From positions 4,526,001-4,590,000 of the forward strand of contig NC_092345.1 of the NCBI RefSeq assembly GCF_963676685.1: a stretch of DNA of 64,000 nucleotides. Reading direction: 5' to 3'. Both the position numbers and the translations under genes were made by a program. This document shows positions 13,078 to 26,621 of this stretch, piece by piece. The notes under the pieces are model-generated. The model had not been told where the DNA came from and did not search any database. It saw nothing but the letters and a program-made list of their open reading frames with translations. The stretch comes from Mytilus edulis (lineage: Eukaryota). Position 1 is the first letter of the stretch. Each line of letters opens with the position of its first letter.

Positions 13078-13135
13078 CTGCTTTAGAACAAACCATGAAT
13101 GTCATTAATAAGAATAAAGAATGGCCCATTTTCAT
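13078..13135 (-). CDS. C-type lectin gene, exon 1 (signal peptide MKMGHSLFLLMTFMVCSKA)
   Basis: ATG at 13135, 19 codons plus 1 nt, then donor CAG|GTAAG. Hydrophobic signal-like peptide. Phase 1 matches the next exon. Confidence 0.8.
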
Positions 13136-13182
13136 CCCAACTTGGGATGTGTTTTAATGTAAACGGAAAAGTGTTTGCTGTC

Positions 13183-13190
13183 TTTATATA
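13183..13190 (-). promoter_or_regulatory. candidate TATA box of the C-type lectin gene
   Basis: TATATAAA on the minus strand about 50 nt upstream of the ATG. The AT-rich background weakens this call. Confidence 0.35.
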
Positions 13191-14256
13191 TTCTTAAATT
13201 TAAAAGAAGACAAAAATAGCTCTCCCTTATGTGAATTTTATCAATTCTGTCTATGGAATTCATATCATTTGTTTATTTAAACCAAAACGGATATGCTAAA
13301 CAACTTTGCATTCTTACATTGATCAATGTAAAAGTGCTCTAACAACAGAATTTTATGTCATCATCGAATTTTAATAGACATATATTATAATGCCGAAGAA
13401 TAAACAGCATTGTATGCTATATATGGTTTTATGAGTCAAAAACTACAAACAAAATAAAAAGTTTGGACTTTTTTTGAGATAGTATGTCCTTATTTGAAGA
13501 CCGTACTTTGACCTATCATTATCTACTTTTTACAGATTGAGACTTGGATGAGGGGTTGTCTCATTGGAACTCACAACATTTCTTATTTCTTTTTATTGTT
13601 TCTTCATTGCAACACAATTTGTGATAAACTCATCAATGATACTGGCATCGCAATTTAGCTGACTTATTTGTCACATATAAAATTAAATTGAAACGTGTAT
13701 GTAGATTAGGATTTTGTTTTACTTTATTACTTAGACCTCCAAGAACCCCATAGTACATGGATAAATATTGTTTCTTTGGACTGTTACAGCGAACTGAGGG
13801 TAATATACAATATACTAATGAAATTCTGGGTAACTTATTAGTCCAGCGTAACTTTGTAACTAGAGGTTTTTATTATGATTCAAATGAAATACGTCCTTAT
13901 AGTAAAACAAAAGATAATGGTTTCTAAGAGCATCATATTTCCATAGATTGGGTCTATTTCTAGTGATCTGTTCCGTCTTCCAAAAAAGAGTATACGTGAT
14001 AATTGAACTGACAATGAATATGCAATACCATATGAATGTTGACTTCAAAATATACTAAACGACTTTAGAAACGCAACACCTAAATAAATCAGACTTTATC
14101 AAATAAAATAAATGGTATATTACACAAATTCATGGTATATACGAATATTTAATCAATCTTTCAATGTTACAGACAAAATTAACTGTCAATCGAGAAACCA
14201 ATGACGTAATGTTTGATGTCGAGGTAATGAGGTACACATGTAAATCATGTAAATCA

Positions 14257-15240
14257 TCAGTATCGGTTGTGGCCACCGTTGTTTCGTAGAACAGCTTCTA
14301 ATCTTGTTCGCATTGATTGACAAAGGTTTCTTACTGTTCTGCGTGGGATGTTTTGCCGTTCCGGTTGTAGTTGTAATGCGATACCAAATTCAGCCGGGGT
14401 AGTCGGCGGATTCGGAAGAGAACGAATGCGTCTGCCTAACTCATTCCACATGTGTTGAATGGGATTTAAGTCTTCGAAAGAGCAGGTCATTCAAGAATAT
14501 CTACTCCATCCAAATTCAAAAAGTTTTGAGTCAATCTATCGGTATGCGCACGTTATCATTATCATGTTGGAATGTCAATTGATTTAACTGTCTATGACGT
14601 CGTAACTCTGGAACGACAACTGGCTGCAAAATTTCATCAATACAGCATCTAGCTGTTAATGTACCATTGACAATAACCAACCGCGTCCGAAAATTTGTGT
14701 TAATAGCACCCCATACCAATACACCTCCGCCATCAAATATGTATCAAAGTATATTCTTGTTCTTCCGTCTGCAAAACTGACATTGAACCGTGATTCATCG
14801 GAAAACACCAAGTGATTCCAGTTTCTCCGCTGCTGTTGCCTGGCTCATTGCTGTCGATTTCGTCTATGACGTGGAGTCAAAATCATTCCTTTATAGGGTC
14901 TCCTACAGCAAATTTGACGACGTCTAAGGATACGGGATACTGTTTTGGGATATATTGATCTGCCATGGTGTCCAATTAAATCGTTTGCGGTTGACGTCGA
15001 CGTCGTGAATCGATTTCGCAAATGACGTAGTCTAATGGCATTTTGTTGGCGTGGCGTCGTTACTTGTGGTTGGCCGGGTCTCGGACGATCTTTTGCTGTT
15101 CCTGTTTATCTGTGGCGTTGAAATAAACGACTGATTGTTGAGTTGCTTACATTAAAATATCTTGAAACAGCACGTTGACTCATTCCTGCCTGTAACATTC
15201 CGATAGCTTGATTACGTCTTTCATCACTGAGTCGCGGCAT
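14257..15240 (-). mobile_element. Tc1/mariner transposase pseudogene
   Basis: N-terminal MPRLSDERRNQAIGMLQAGMSQRAVSRYFNVSNSTISRL (HTH), then VFSDESRF, VWGAI, FQHDN and DLNPIQHMW motifs. Broken by stops and frameshifts. Confidence 0.92.
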
Positions 15241-17513
15241 TGCGAAATCCAGAGAAGTTAAATTGATTAAAAGAAGGCAAAGAAAGTAACGCATCTTTAA
15301 GATTAGAAAAAAAAACGGTTTGGATTGGGCAACAAGCCCTCTCCACAAAGCAATGTACACTATTTTACATTCAAACAAAGCAACACATACACAGACATAA
15401 TGACAACACATAATTAATTTTTACAAAATACCTCTTAGCTGAGTGGAATGAGAGGTTTAGCGCTATAACCAGGTTTAATCCAGCATTCTACATTTAAAAA
15501 TGCCTGTACCAAGTCAGGAATATGACAGTTTTTGTCCATTCGTTTTTTATGTGATTTGTTATTTGATTTTGCCATGTGATTATGGACTTTCCAAATTGAT
15601 TTTCCTCCGAGTTCAGTATTTTTGTGATTTTACTTTTTTCAACTGAGGTTAAAAGTATAACTATTTTAAGAATGCTTCAAATTGTAAACTAAGAATTTAT
15701 TTATTTTTTAAATAAAAAAAATAAAAAAATGAATTAAAGATGAAAAAAGTTCTCATATTCTAGGTAATAAACTCCAACATTGATTTGGAGGTCTCACAGT
15801 AAATTAAATGGTCTACAGTCAGCTATTCAAAATAATAAATTTAATAGCTCATTTATAAAAACAACATGTTTGATATCATGTACTTTTTTTTGCTAAATTG
15901 TTGCACCTGAAGAATAACGACAGTGAGTAATAACCAAATTGATACATTAAAGAATCATAATGATATAAAAAGAATTTAGAATGTTAATAAGAAGAAAAGA
16001 AAAAAGAGATTTAAGAAACTAAGGATATACAAATTGAATATAGAAATAATATAGAAATAAAGGTGCAGTTATTAGTTTTTATTTTTTATGATATTAATTT
16101 CAATGTACTGTCCTTTGATTTTTAACTTTTGTTTCAATTTTTAATTATTTTTCAGCTCGTTTGGGTCTAGGAGCTTAAATATAAAATATAATACAGACAT
16201 ACAAAGTAAAATTTTATTTTGTTTTGGACTATAAAGTACATTTCATTATACAAATCTCTCTGAATGTTTTAGGTATTCATGAGCAGCCATAACTATCTGC
16301 ACATTGTCTTCAATACTCATATCTTGATCATCAAAAAGTATTAACTTTAAATCAATATCAACTCCATTGGCAGACAGTTTATCAAGGAATGTGATCCTGT
16401 CAAAAGTGTATGATGGACAATCGAAAAAATAATGTTGATTGTCTTCACATTTATATAAACATTTAGGACAGGATTAGGTGGTTCTATTGTCGTCTGCATG
16501 GTGTTGTTTTTGTGTTTTGTTTTTGCGGTTGTGGTCTGTTTGGCAGCATTTCATGATTGGAGACGATCCAATAACGTTATTTCGTACGCATGCAATTTAA
16601 AAAGTGTTGTATGTTTATTTTATACTCCAATCCATTATTTGTAAAGCATATCTGTACATTTCAGTTGATGTGAACTCTTGAGAAGTTCTTCTTACAAAAA
16701 GGAAAAAAGACTCTGTTTTATGAAAGAGAAAGTCGATAAGTTTATTTATGTTTAAATGTACATCTTCATTTAACGAACCACAACCTAGTAAATACTTTTT
16801 AATGACCAGGGCAGCGTGTTTTGAAATGCCTTCATCACTTGTCAAGCGAATCCGTAATAGTACAAAAATGTCACAATTTTAATACGACATTAATAACGGC
16901 AGCAGTAGTTAACCGGTGTTCAAAAGTCATTAACCGATTGAGAGAAAACAAATCCGGGTTACAAACCTGAACCGTGCGTCACACATCAAATAGAACAGGA
17001 AAACAAAAAAACAACAGGAACACAGAATTTACATATGAAACATCTATTTTGCTAAATACAGATATAAGACCGTCAAACATTTCGCGTTTAAGTTGACACA
17101 AAGACATATTGTATTTGTCCACACAACTACGATGGTGACTGTAAAATGTATGTAGTGTTAATGTCAGTCGTGGTAAGTGTCTTGAGCACGAAATACTAAT
17201 ATCATTATAGTATCGAAAGAAAGTTGGCCTATGAAAAAAAAACTAAATCCGGAGTGTTATTAAGCTTACACACCCTGGTACTCTTTCTTTTGTTTTATCC
17301 GAATGTTTAAGGTCGTAGATCTTTATAAAGACACAAATGTCTAAACATCGCTGACATGTTCGTATCAACCATAGCATTCAGGAACGCAGTTAAGTGAAAT
17401 ATTCGAAAGCCAAGAAGGATTATGAACCTTAATCAGTTAACAAATAGGTCAAAATGATGTCATATGAGACACAACAGATATTGAATATTTATCGAATTCT
17501 GCTGAGTTTTAAA

Positions 17514-17960
17514 TAGAATGAAATTCAAAACAGTGTGGCTGTGGCCATTGATTGACACATTAAATTTATCCATTGACTGGGACAATTTAGGTGAACGTTT
17601 GTATGTAACGACCACTGCTCACTATGTACTTTTTAAAGACACTTAAACTATGGGGTCACCAAAGGTTCTCCACACCTTAATAAAGTAATTCGAAAAAATA
17701 ATCAGAAATAACACGATGTTTTGATTTATATCAATTATATAAATCAAAACCTAAAGGTTATTCCTGATTAATTTTTAGTATTATTTTATAATTAAAGGCG
17801 TTAAGAAACCTTTGGTGACCCCACAGTTTAAATGTCTATCGTAGGTACGTCGTGAACAGTGGTCGTTACAGACAAACGTTCACGTAAATTGTCCCAGTCA
17901 ATGGATGAATTTAATGTGTCAATCAATGGCCACAGCCATACTGTTTTGAATTTCATTCCA
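17514..17960. mobile_element. foldback/MITE element, palindromic over almost its whole length of about 447 bp
   Basis: Left arm gaatgaaattcaaaacagtgtggctgtggccattgattgacacattaaatt...ggggtcaccaaaggtt is mirrored on the right. The centre gttttgatttatat/atataaatcaaaac is also inverted. Confidence 0.9.
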
Positions 17961-18899
17961 TATACAACAAAATTATCAACAAAGATGATCAACAAAGATG
18001 ACAAAACATCGGAAATACTTTGATGAACAATGTTTGAAAATATTTAACAGTAAAGTCACGTTTACGTTTAATTGAGGGATGGTAATCGATTGACTTTTTT
18101 GTAGGACAAAAACAAAATTTAAATAGTTCAATGTTAAGTAGCAGCTCATGGTACTAGAAATACTTTTTTGAAATACGCAGTTTTGTAAATATACAGAATA
18201 CTTAGGCCTCACTTAACAGATCAATTTAGTAGGGCAAAGAATAATTTATTAGCGTTTTATGAACACAATAAACATTTCTTGACAAATCTTACGACCAAAA
18301 TCTACGACCGTGGTCTACATGTATAATGCAAAAACGTATTATTCAGGTGTCCTTTTATATATTATACATCACGCTTGATTGATAATAAAGAAATTACTGT
18401 TTATTGTAGACTACTTTATACGCGTGTCATACTTACCAAAAGGTCACATACAAAGACAAGTTATGTAAACAAGCATATTTTCATCATAATTTTTTTTTTA
18501 CTGCATACGATTGATGTCACTGACGAGTCTTATGAAGAAAAGATAACGCACGTCTGGTGAATCGCAGTTTAAGCCTAACTATATACGCTCAATGTTATAT
18601 TAGTAAAAACTGCAAAGAAACTTTAATGTCGTTATACATGCATAAAGCATGGGAACTATACCATAACAACAGCTACTACTACCGCTTCTACTAGCCTTTA
18701 TTTTACTACTCCTTCTACTATAATGAATTGATTATGATATAAGTATAATTATTATAAGAGGTAACATTATTTTAGCATCGTTATATCATTACATCTGTAT
18801 CTAATTACCGTTTTCTGATAATTAAAACTATAATTTTAGCAAATTATTAAAAAAAAAATATTATTTCGAAAAAAGGATTCGACTGCTACATGATACAGC

Positions 18900-20830
18900 T
18901 GCTGTAAGGAAGATATTTATGTGATTCAGCGAAGTTAAGAGCATTTGTCATTTGTGTATTCAAGCTCTTTAAAAACTATTATTTCCAATAATGAGGAAAA
19001 ACGTTAATTTTTTAAGGTAGAATTCGCCAATAAAGGTTTAGATGCGGTAAATATTAGCAATATTTTCCATCAAAAATCTATACAAAAAACCTGATTACTT
19101 CAAAAGTAAAGCTACATCTGTTATTTCTTATACTTACACCAAGTCTATTGAATCCAAGATTTTCAACCACAAGAGAGTTTTAGAGGCCTTTAACCTCAAA
19201 GATACGAAGTCCAAACCTCTGGATTGCTCCTGTGCATCGTCACAATACAATTATAGTCCAGCTGGTCATATTATTACTGGTGACCTTGGCATCGTTACGA
19301 ATGAACAACTAAGAGAGTTATTAGCCAAGGGACCAAAATATAGAATTCTCCAGCCCATCAACTGGAAAAAGAATTTCAAGTTACAGATGGATGCAGTTGA
19401 GGACTAAGCAAGAAAATGGGTAAAGCGCGAACCAGACCTGGACACTTTGTTCTGAATGGATCATGCATTCAGAGGCGCATACAAAAATTACGATGTAATA
19501 TGACTACAAAGGTTACTAGCCCTTTCAAGAATCCAGATGTTGTGGATGCTTTATCCTCTTTGCATGACAACTATGTCGTTGTTCCAGCAGATAAAGCCTC
19601 CAATAATATTGTCTACATATGTAAAAAACATTACTTGCAATGTCTCACAACAGAGGTTGGAAAAAATAAAACTACTGGTAACCCTACATATTCTTTAACA
19701 TCATTTACCAATGACGAAATTTTACAAAATCATAAATCTGTCCTTCTTTCTTTTGATATCAACATCAAAGAAAATGGAGAAAATTTACCTTCATTATACT
19801 GGATACCTAAATTACACAAAACTCCATATAAAGAACGATACATAGATGGGTTGTCAAAATTTTCGACTAAACATCTTTCTTAAGTTCTAACTACTATTCT
19901 TTCTACAGTTAAAGATGGGCTTCAAAAATATTGTGATGAATATATTCTACCAGTGGTGTTAACCAGATGTGGATTCTCAAAAATTCGAAAAATCTACTGC
20001 TTAATCTTCGATCACAATCTATGCAATTTTGCAGCAACATAACGTCTTTTGATTTTTCTACGCTATACACTACTATTACCCATGCTCAGTTGAAAGATCG
20101 ACTTCACCATCTCATATCAAAACAGAGCTTTTTCTATAAAAATGGGAATCGTAGATACTAATTTCTTGTTTTGGGTTACAATAATTCATTTTTTTCTGAA
20201 GAATCACACTGAATCTTCCAGAAAATGTACTGAAAATGATATTATCAAAATGCTGGACTTTTTGATCGACAATATATTTGTTGAATTTGGAGGATTTATA
20301 TTTCAACAGACAGTAGATATTCCAATGGGTACTAATTGTGCACCCCTGCTGGCGGATATGTTTTTGTACTCTTATGAAGCAGAATTCATTCAGAACCTTC
20401 TAAAAGACAAAAAGGAAAGGCACCTTGCTTAATTACTTTCCGATATATTGATGATGTTCTATCTTTGAATAACCCATATTTCAGCCAATACTTACATCTC
20501 ATCTATCCCAGGCCAGCGAACTTGAAATTAAGGATACTACTGATACTATAAGGACTGCTTCATACCTTGATCCTTTTCTCAATATTTACGCAGATGGACG
20601 ACTTCACAGAAAAATCTACGATAAACGGGACGATTTCAACTTCCTAATTATCAATTTCCCATTTCTCAGCAGTAACATACCCTCTGCCCCTTCGTATCGT
20701 GTTTACATATCACAATTGATACGTTATTCTCGTGTTTGTTTACACTATACGGACTTCATATACAGGAGTGTGCTCCTTGCACAGTTAACCAAACTTTTTG
20801 ATGAGATGCGATCAAGACTGTCGACACTAC
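18900..20830 (+). mobile_element. Penelope-like element reverse transcriptase, decayed
   Basis: Frameshifted fragments with VVPADKASNN, LYWIPKLHK, SFDFSTLYT, IPMGTNCAPLLAD, FRYIDD (about 20437) and YDKRDDFNF...SNIP. No GIY-YIG endonuclease was seen. Confidence 0.88.
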
Positions 20831-21253
20831 AGAATAAAACAGAATCTGGCATATGTCTAGTACAAAAATAACAGAAAGAATACCCTTTGCTGGTATCTGG
20901 AGGTTTTCATGTTTGTATACAACTCTAAATATATGTACATCTATTGTTACAACTATAACACATATGAATATAAAGAACGTTATCTGAACACACTTAACCG
21001 CAATATATGTATCCATTTCTTCTAATGGATAATATCCTGAGTATGTAACATTGCAGTAGGTACTATTAGTACTACACACATCCATGGCTACACATGTAAT
21101 GAAGTTATACACACATCTATGTATTATACTTCAAATGTCATGAAAAGAATTAAAAAAAGATTCTGAACTCCAATGTAAATTAAAAAAATCCATAAAAATG
21201 ACTCAATCAAATGTGAGACGTTATCAACCAACGACACAAACGGAAAACAACAA

Positions 21254-21328
21254 CCATCAAATCAGAACTTAATTACGGCCATCAAATTAGAACTTAATTA
21301 CGGCCATCAAATCAGAACTTAATTACGG
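21254..21328 (+). repeat. 25-bp tandem repeat, 3 copies
   Basis: CCATCAAATCAGAACTTAATTACGG three times. Confidence 0.9.
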
Positions 21329-21571
21329 CGTTTTTTAATAACTGTCATTTCTATTATGTGGAAATAACTTACATAAACGTAGACCGCACAATATCGTGAC
21401 TTTTCTCTTCTATTGAATACAAGCGATAATATACATAAATAATCAATGTGTATAATGCAAACTAAATGCTTTAACACCTATCGGATTTGGAATGATCCGC
21501 CTTTTATGTAAAATTAAGGAGGTAATTATGTTTGATATTTCTTGTTGCTGCTACTTGGCAATCAACGTTCT

Positions 21572-21964
21572 TGTAAAGGCCAATTTCTTGTTTAGAATTG
21601 TAACAAATTTCGTTTTGCAAATTTATTGATTTTTGATGAAACTAACCTAGGTACATTGGTTATTTTCCCCATCATATATATTCCCTGAAAATTAAGAAAT
21701 GGGTCACGACAATTGTGTAAAACCTAGATGTTACAATGATTGTTTTCTATATTTTCACACCTATGTTTATATTTTTATGAATGATTTGGACATTGTTATT
21801 GGTATAAATCTTATGATGATTGCATTTTCTTTGTAGTCAGTCTCATCTTACTGTTTATACTTTGGATCCAGTCACTTCACTGTAACTTGGAATATTTTGG
21901 AATAAACTTCAGGCGTGAATTGTGTTATATTCATTACATGTACGACTGATATTAGTGGGAAATA
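21572..21964 (+). repeat. 5' LTR of the BEL element (393 bp)
   Basis: Near-identical to 25587-26178 except for an internal gap of about 200 bp. Confidence 0.88.
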
Positions 21965-24900
21965 TTCATTGACTTATTTGACGAATATGAGCAAGTCACA
22001 CAAGGAAGAACCCAGTCTATTAATGGAATTTGAAAGTGAGGACACAGAAAAGGTTGACCGCAAAATAGATCAAAATATAATTTTGAAAAGTGTGGACACA
22101 GAGTTAGGAGAATTTGTACAACCAGAATTAAATATGGATAAGAACTTTGAAACAAATAAAACAGATGAACAGGAAGAACAGAAGACCTATGAGGCGATAG
22201 GCGGAGCTAGACCAAGAAAGTATACCGATAAAGGTAAAAAATTTAGTGAAGAACAAATAACCAAATCCTATGATGGATTGAAAAGATTAAGTGAAAAAAT
22301 AATAAGACTGATTTCTGATAACGAAACATTCGAGACAATAAGATTGCGGTATGGAAATTGGATGCAGTAATATGAACAATTTCAAGTACGAATCAACAGC
22401 GACAACATGGACAAAAGGTTTCAAATGTATGTGATGTGACAAAAAATGCACATACTGAGATGCGCTGTTCCTATTGTGAAGGTACACATGTTTTAGACAA
22501 ATGTAAACGATTTATAGCTCGTCCACGTGAAGACCGAATCGCTTACTTGAAATCTAAGGGATATTGTTTTGGTTGTCTTAAGAAAGGCCATATGAGTAAT
22601 AAATGCAATAGGAGACTCAAATGCTCATGTATTTGGTTATGATGTTATATTTGTTATTCTCGTGGGATTTTGTCTGTTGCTTGGTCCGTTTCTGTGTGTG
22701 TTACATTGTAGTGTTGTGTCGTTGTTCTCCTCTTATATTCAATGTGTTTCCCTAAGTTTTAGTTTGTTACCCCGATTTTGTTTTTTGTCCATGGATTTAT
22801 GAGTTTGAACATCGGTATACTACTATTGCCTTTATTTATTCATATCCAACATATAATTCATTTTGATAAACTGAATGCCCTTGAGCAGGAAGATTACATG
22901 AAAGTTCATACTACAAGAGATACTTTTCTAATGAACAGTCAATTCAAGATACAATAATATCTCAATGCAAATCCAGTGAAAGTGCAGGCAAGTGTTCATG
23001 GGAGATAAGTAAGAAGTGCGGGCAGCTCAGCAGTATCTTCAAAACGACTTGAAGTCGAGGGAAAAAGGATTGAGCTTGAGGCTAAAAGACAAGCAATGAA
23101 ACGTAAGCGAGAACTTGAAATGGCCAAAATGACATTACAGTTAGATGAAGATGATCTTCAAATGCAAACTGATATAGCTGTAGCTGATGCAAAGGCTATC
23201 ATATACGACAAGTTCGAAAAGGGTGAAATTGACCATGTTGAAACTCCGAAAGTAAAATTTGGAAATGTTGAATTGAAATCAAAACCTTTGCAAAGTACAG
23301 TACAGGCAGCTATCGAAACAGCAATTTTAAATCCGATGGCAAAAATATTTCAACCAGTTAAAAAGAAATCAGATATTTTAAAGGAAACAAGTAACTTAGA
23401 TTATGTGAATCTATCGTCCGTCAACATGATCAAAAACACTTCTAAACTTCCGAAACAAAATGTTCATGAATCTTATGGACCAACCCATATCGACAATACA
23501 ACATCTATGCCGATTCAAAGTTTGACGATAAATCCGAACATTTCTGCAGAAACAGCTTTTCAAAGTATGGTCCAACATTTGAGAAAACCTACGCCTGAAA
23601 TAAGGAAATTTAATGGAAACCCATTGGAATATAGGGAGTTTTTAAGACAATTTGAATCAAAGGTTGTTTTGAACTGTGAACAAGATGATGAGAAGATGAA
23701 TTACCTCGAGCAGCTGACATTTGGAGAAGCGCATAAGGTAGTATCTAGTTACAGTCACCTGCCAGGCGATAGAGCATATAAGGCATCAATGCGTCATCTT
23801 GAAGAGCGATATGGTGATACAGACGTGATGGCCTCAGCCTTTATTAAAAAAGCATAGGATTGGCCAAATATTAAATCAGGAGATATTCAATCTTTGGATG
23901 AATTAGCATTGTTTTTGGTTGAATGTCAGTATGGCACGGAGAGTATTGAAGCCGGACGCGTTTTAGAGTACTCTGAAAATATGAAACGTCTGATGTCAAA
24001 ATTGCCCTTCCATATGCATGATCGCTGGAGAAATGTTGTTTTTCGTGTAAAGGATTCACATAGAACAGTTAAATTTAATGACTTTGTGAGCTTTGTAAAA
24101 GCAGAAGCCAAGAAAGCTACAGATCCGACATATGGCAACATCGCCATGAATTATTCAAATTCTAGAAGTACGAATCAACAGCGACAACATGGACAAAAGG
24201 TTTCAAATGGAAAAGAAATGTCCTCTCAAGATTTCTTCAAAACTAAGCAAACTGGATCCATTCGTCGACAAAGATGGATTGCTTAGAGTTGGTGGACGAT
24301 TGGAGCGATCGGATATTTCGTACGAAATAAAACACCCTATCATCTTGCCTAAGGACTTACCGATATCAAGACTTATTATTGAGAACATTCATCGTTCAAT
24401 TGAACATTTAGGAAAAAATTCAATCTTAGCCATTCTTAGACAAAAATATTGGATATTAGGAGCTAATACTATTATTGAAGGCTTAGTGTCTAGATGCGTC
24501 AGATGTAAGAAATATCAAGGAACATGCGCAAAACAGAAAATGGCAAATCTTCCGAAAGAAAGACTTCAGGCTGATGATCCGCCTTTCACAATAATTGGAA
24601 TAGATTTCTTTGGACCCTTTGAGGTAAAGCAAGGAAGGAGTGTAGTTAAAAAATATGGTGTGATTTTCACATGCCTGACTATTAGGGCGATACACCTCGA
24701 ATTGGCATATTCATTAGACACTGACTCTTGCATAAATGCTATAAGGAGATTTATTTCGAGAAGAGGACAGACAATGGAACAAACTTTGTTGGTTCAGAAA
24801 AGGAACTAGGAGAAGAAATAAAAAGATGGAACTTTAATCAAATACAGGAATTCATGATTCAGAAACGCATTCAGTGGGGGTTTAATCCGCCGTCTGCATC

Positions 24901-25586
24901 ACACTTTGGAGGTGTATGGGAACGCCTTATTAGATCAGTGCGTAAGGTATTCTATTCAGTCATGCATGAACAGAACATTCGCCTCACTGATGAAGGACTA
25001 ATGACTCTATTCTGTGAAGTAGAAAGTATTCTTAATGGACGTCCGATCACAGAAGCGTCAGATAGTATTACAGACTTAAATGTATTGACTCCGAATCACT
25101 TGATACTTCAACGTCCGAGTGAAAGCTTTTCACCTGGTGTGTTCTCTAAGACCGACAGCTATGTCAGCGATGGAGACAAATTCAGTATCTCGCTGATCTA
25201 TTTTGGACTTGATGGCGAAAGGAATACTTACCTCTATTGCAGTGCAGAACAAAATGGACAAAACCGACAAGAAATATGCAAGTAGGAGACATAGTTCTCA
25301 TTTCCGAAAATGCACCGAGAAATTCGTGGAACATGGCTCGAGTGGTTGAACTAATCAAAGACAAGGACAATGTTGTTAGAATTGTCAAAGTGAAAACCGC
25401 AAATTCTGTGTTGATGAGACCAATTGCGAAACTGTGCCTTCTTGTAAAAGTTGACTAAAAAAACCACAGCTGCCACCAAACTCGTGTTCATATGATAGAC
25501 ATTTGAAGAACATTTATGATATAATTGTCTTTTGATTTATTCTTGGTAATTGTGTTCTAGATAAGAACCCAATTTAGGGGCTGTTA

Positions 25587-26178
25587 TGTAAAGGCCAATT
25601 TCTTGTTTAGAATTGTAACAAATTTCGTTTTGCAAATTTATTGATTTTTGATGAATCTAACCTAGGTACATTGGACACTTTCCCCATCATATATATTCCC
25701 TGAAAATTGAGAAATGGGTCACGACAATTTTGAGCCCTTTAATTTTGAATAATATAGAAATATCAGAGTCTAACAAATAAGGTATGTTGATTTTTACATT
25801 TATTATATGCATTTTGTGATAATATGAAAGTAATTTAACTATTTCAATGCCGTTAATGTGAACTTGAGACAATGATAAATATTATCAATCTGATAATTGT
25901 TTATTTTCGAAAATACGAACTTTATTCATTACTTGTGTAAAACCTAGATGTTACAATGATTGTTTTCTATATTTTCACACCTATGTTTATATTTTTATGA
26001 ATGATTTGAACATTGTTATTGGTATAAATCTTATGATGATTTCATTTTCTTTGTAGTCAATCTCATCTTACTGTTTATACTGTGGATCCAGTCACTTCAC
26101 TGTAACTTGGAATATTTTGGAATAAACTTGAGGTGTCAATTGTGTTATATTCATTACGACTGATATTAGTAGGAAATA
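25587..26178 (+). repeat. 3' LTR of the BEL element (592 bp)
   Basis: Starts TGTAAAGGCC after a purine-tract remnant aatttagggg and matches the 5' LTR. Confidence 0.88.
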
Positions 26179-26577
26179 GTTTTTCTTTACCTTATTAACC
26201 TCCTTTTCCTTGTACGTCCATTATTGTAAACTGACCTTAAAATATTTGACAAGAATCGTCGTCTAATAAGTTTTGTCAAAAAGGAAAAGTTGTTGACCTT
26301 AGATAGATCTGGCAATAAGTTTTAGGTCATATAGCTCGTCAGCTGGTTAGGTTCTTGTACATTTTTGTTTTTTAAATATTTAACTTTGAGTATTTCTGAT
26401 GATTATAAATCTTTTTAAAAAAATTTGTCAACTCTAACAGGCGAAGTGACTTTAATTGGATTTGGTAAGTATTTTAACTGTTTTGATTTTTATTAGTCTG
26501 TGGTTTTTAAATGCTCGACAATGGGTGTTCTTGATGGTGTTAAATAGTTATCAAAAGTACCAGGATTATAATTTTAT

Positions 26578-26621
26578 ACGCCAGACGCGCGTTTCGTCTA
26601 CATAAGACTCATCAGTGACGC
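26578..26621 (-). ncRNA. minimal type I hammerhead ribozyme motif (best-preserved copy)
   Basis: Minus strand reads GCGUCA CUGAUGA GUCuuauguaGAC GAAA CGCGCG UC UGGCGU. Stem I GCGUCA/UGGCGU pairs fully, including G-U pairs. Confidence 0.88.

Larger units (their letters stand above)
21572..26178 (+). mobile_element. BEL/Pao LTR retrotransposon, internally deleted (gag and integrase kept; protease, RT and RNase H lost)
   Basis: Paired LTRs begin TGTAAAGGCC. Gag fragments (KFNGNPLEY, Cys/His knuckles) and integrase fragments (KHPIILP, GIDFFGP, TDNGTNF, HFGGVWERLIRSV, RPIAKLCLL). Possible 5-bp TSD gttct/gtttt. Confidence 0.93.

Noticed and set aside
16250-16470. CR1/L2-type LINE 3' remnant (CEDNQHYFFDCP on the minus strand)
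   Set aside because: Only one short motif is visible, which is not enough to set boundaries.
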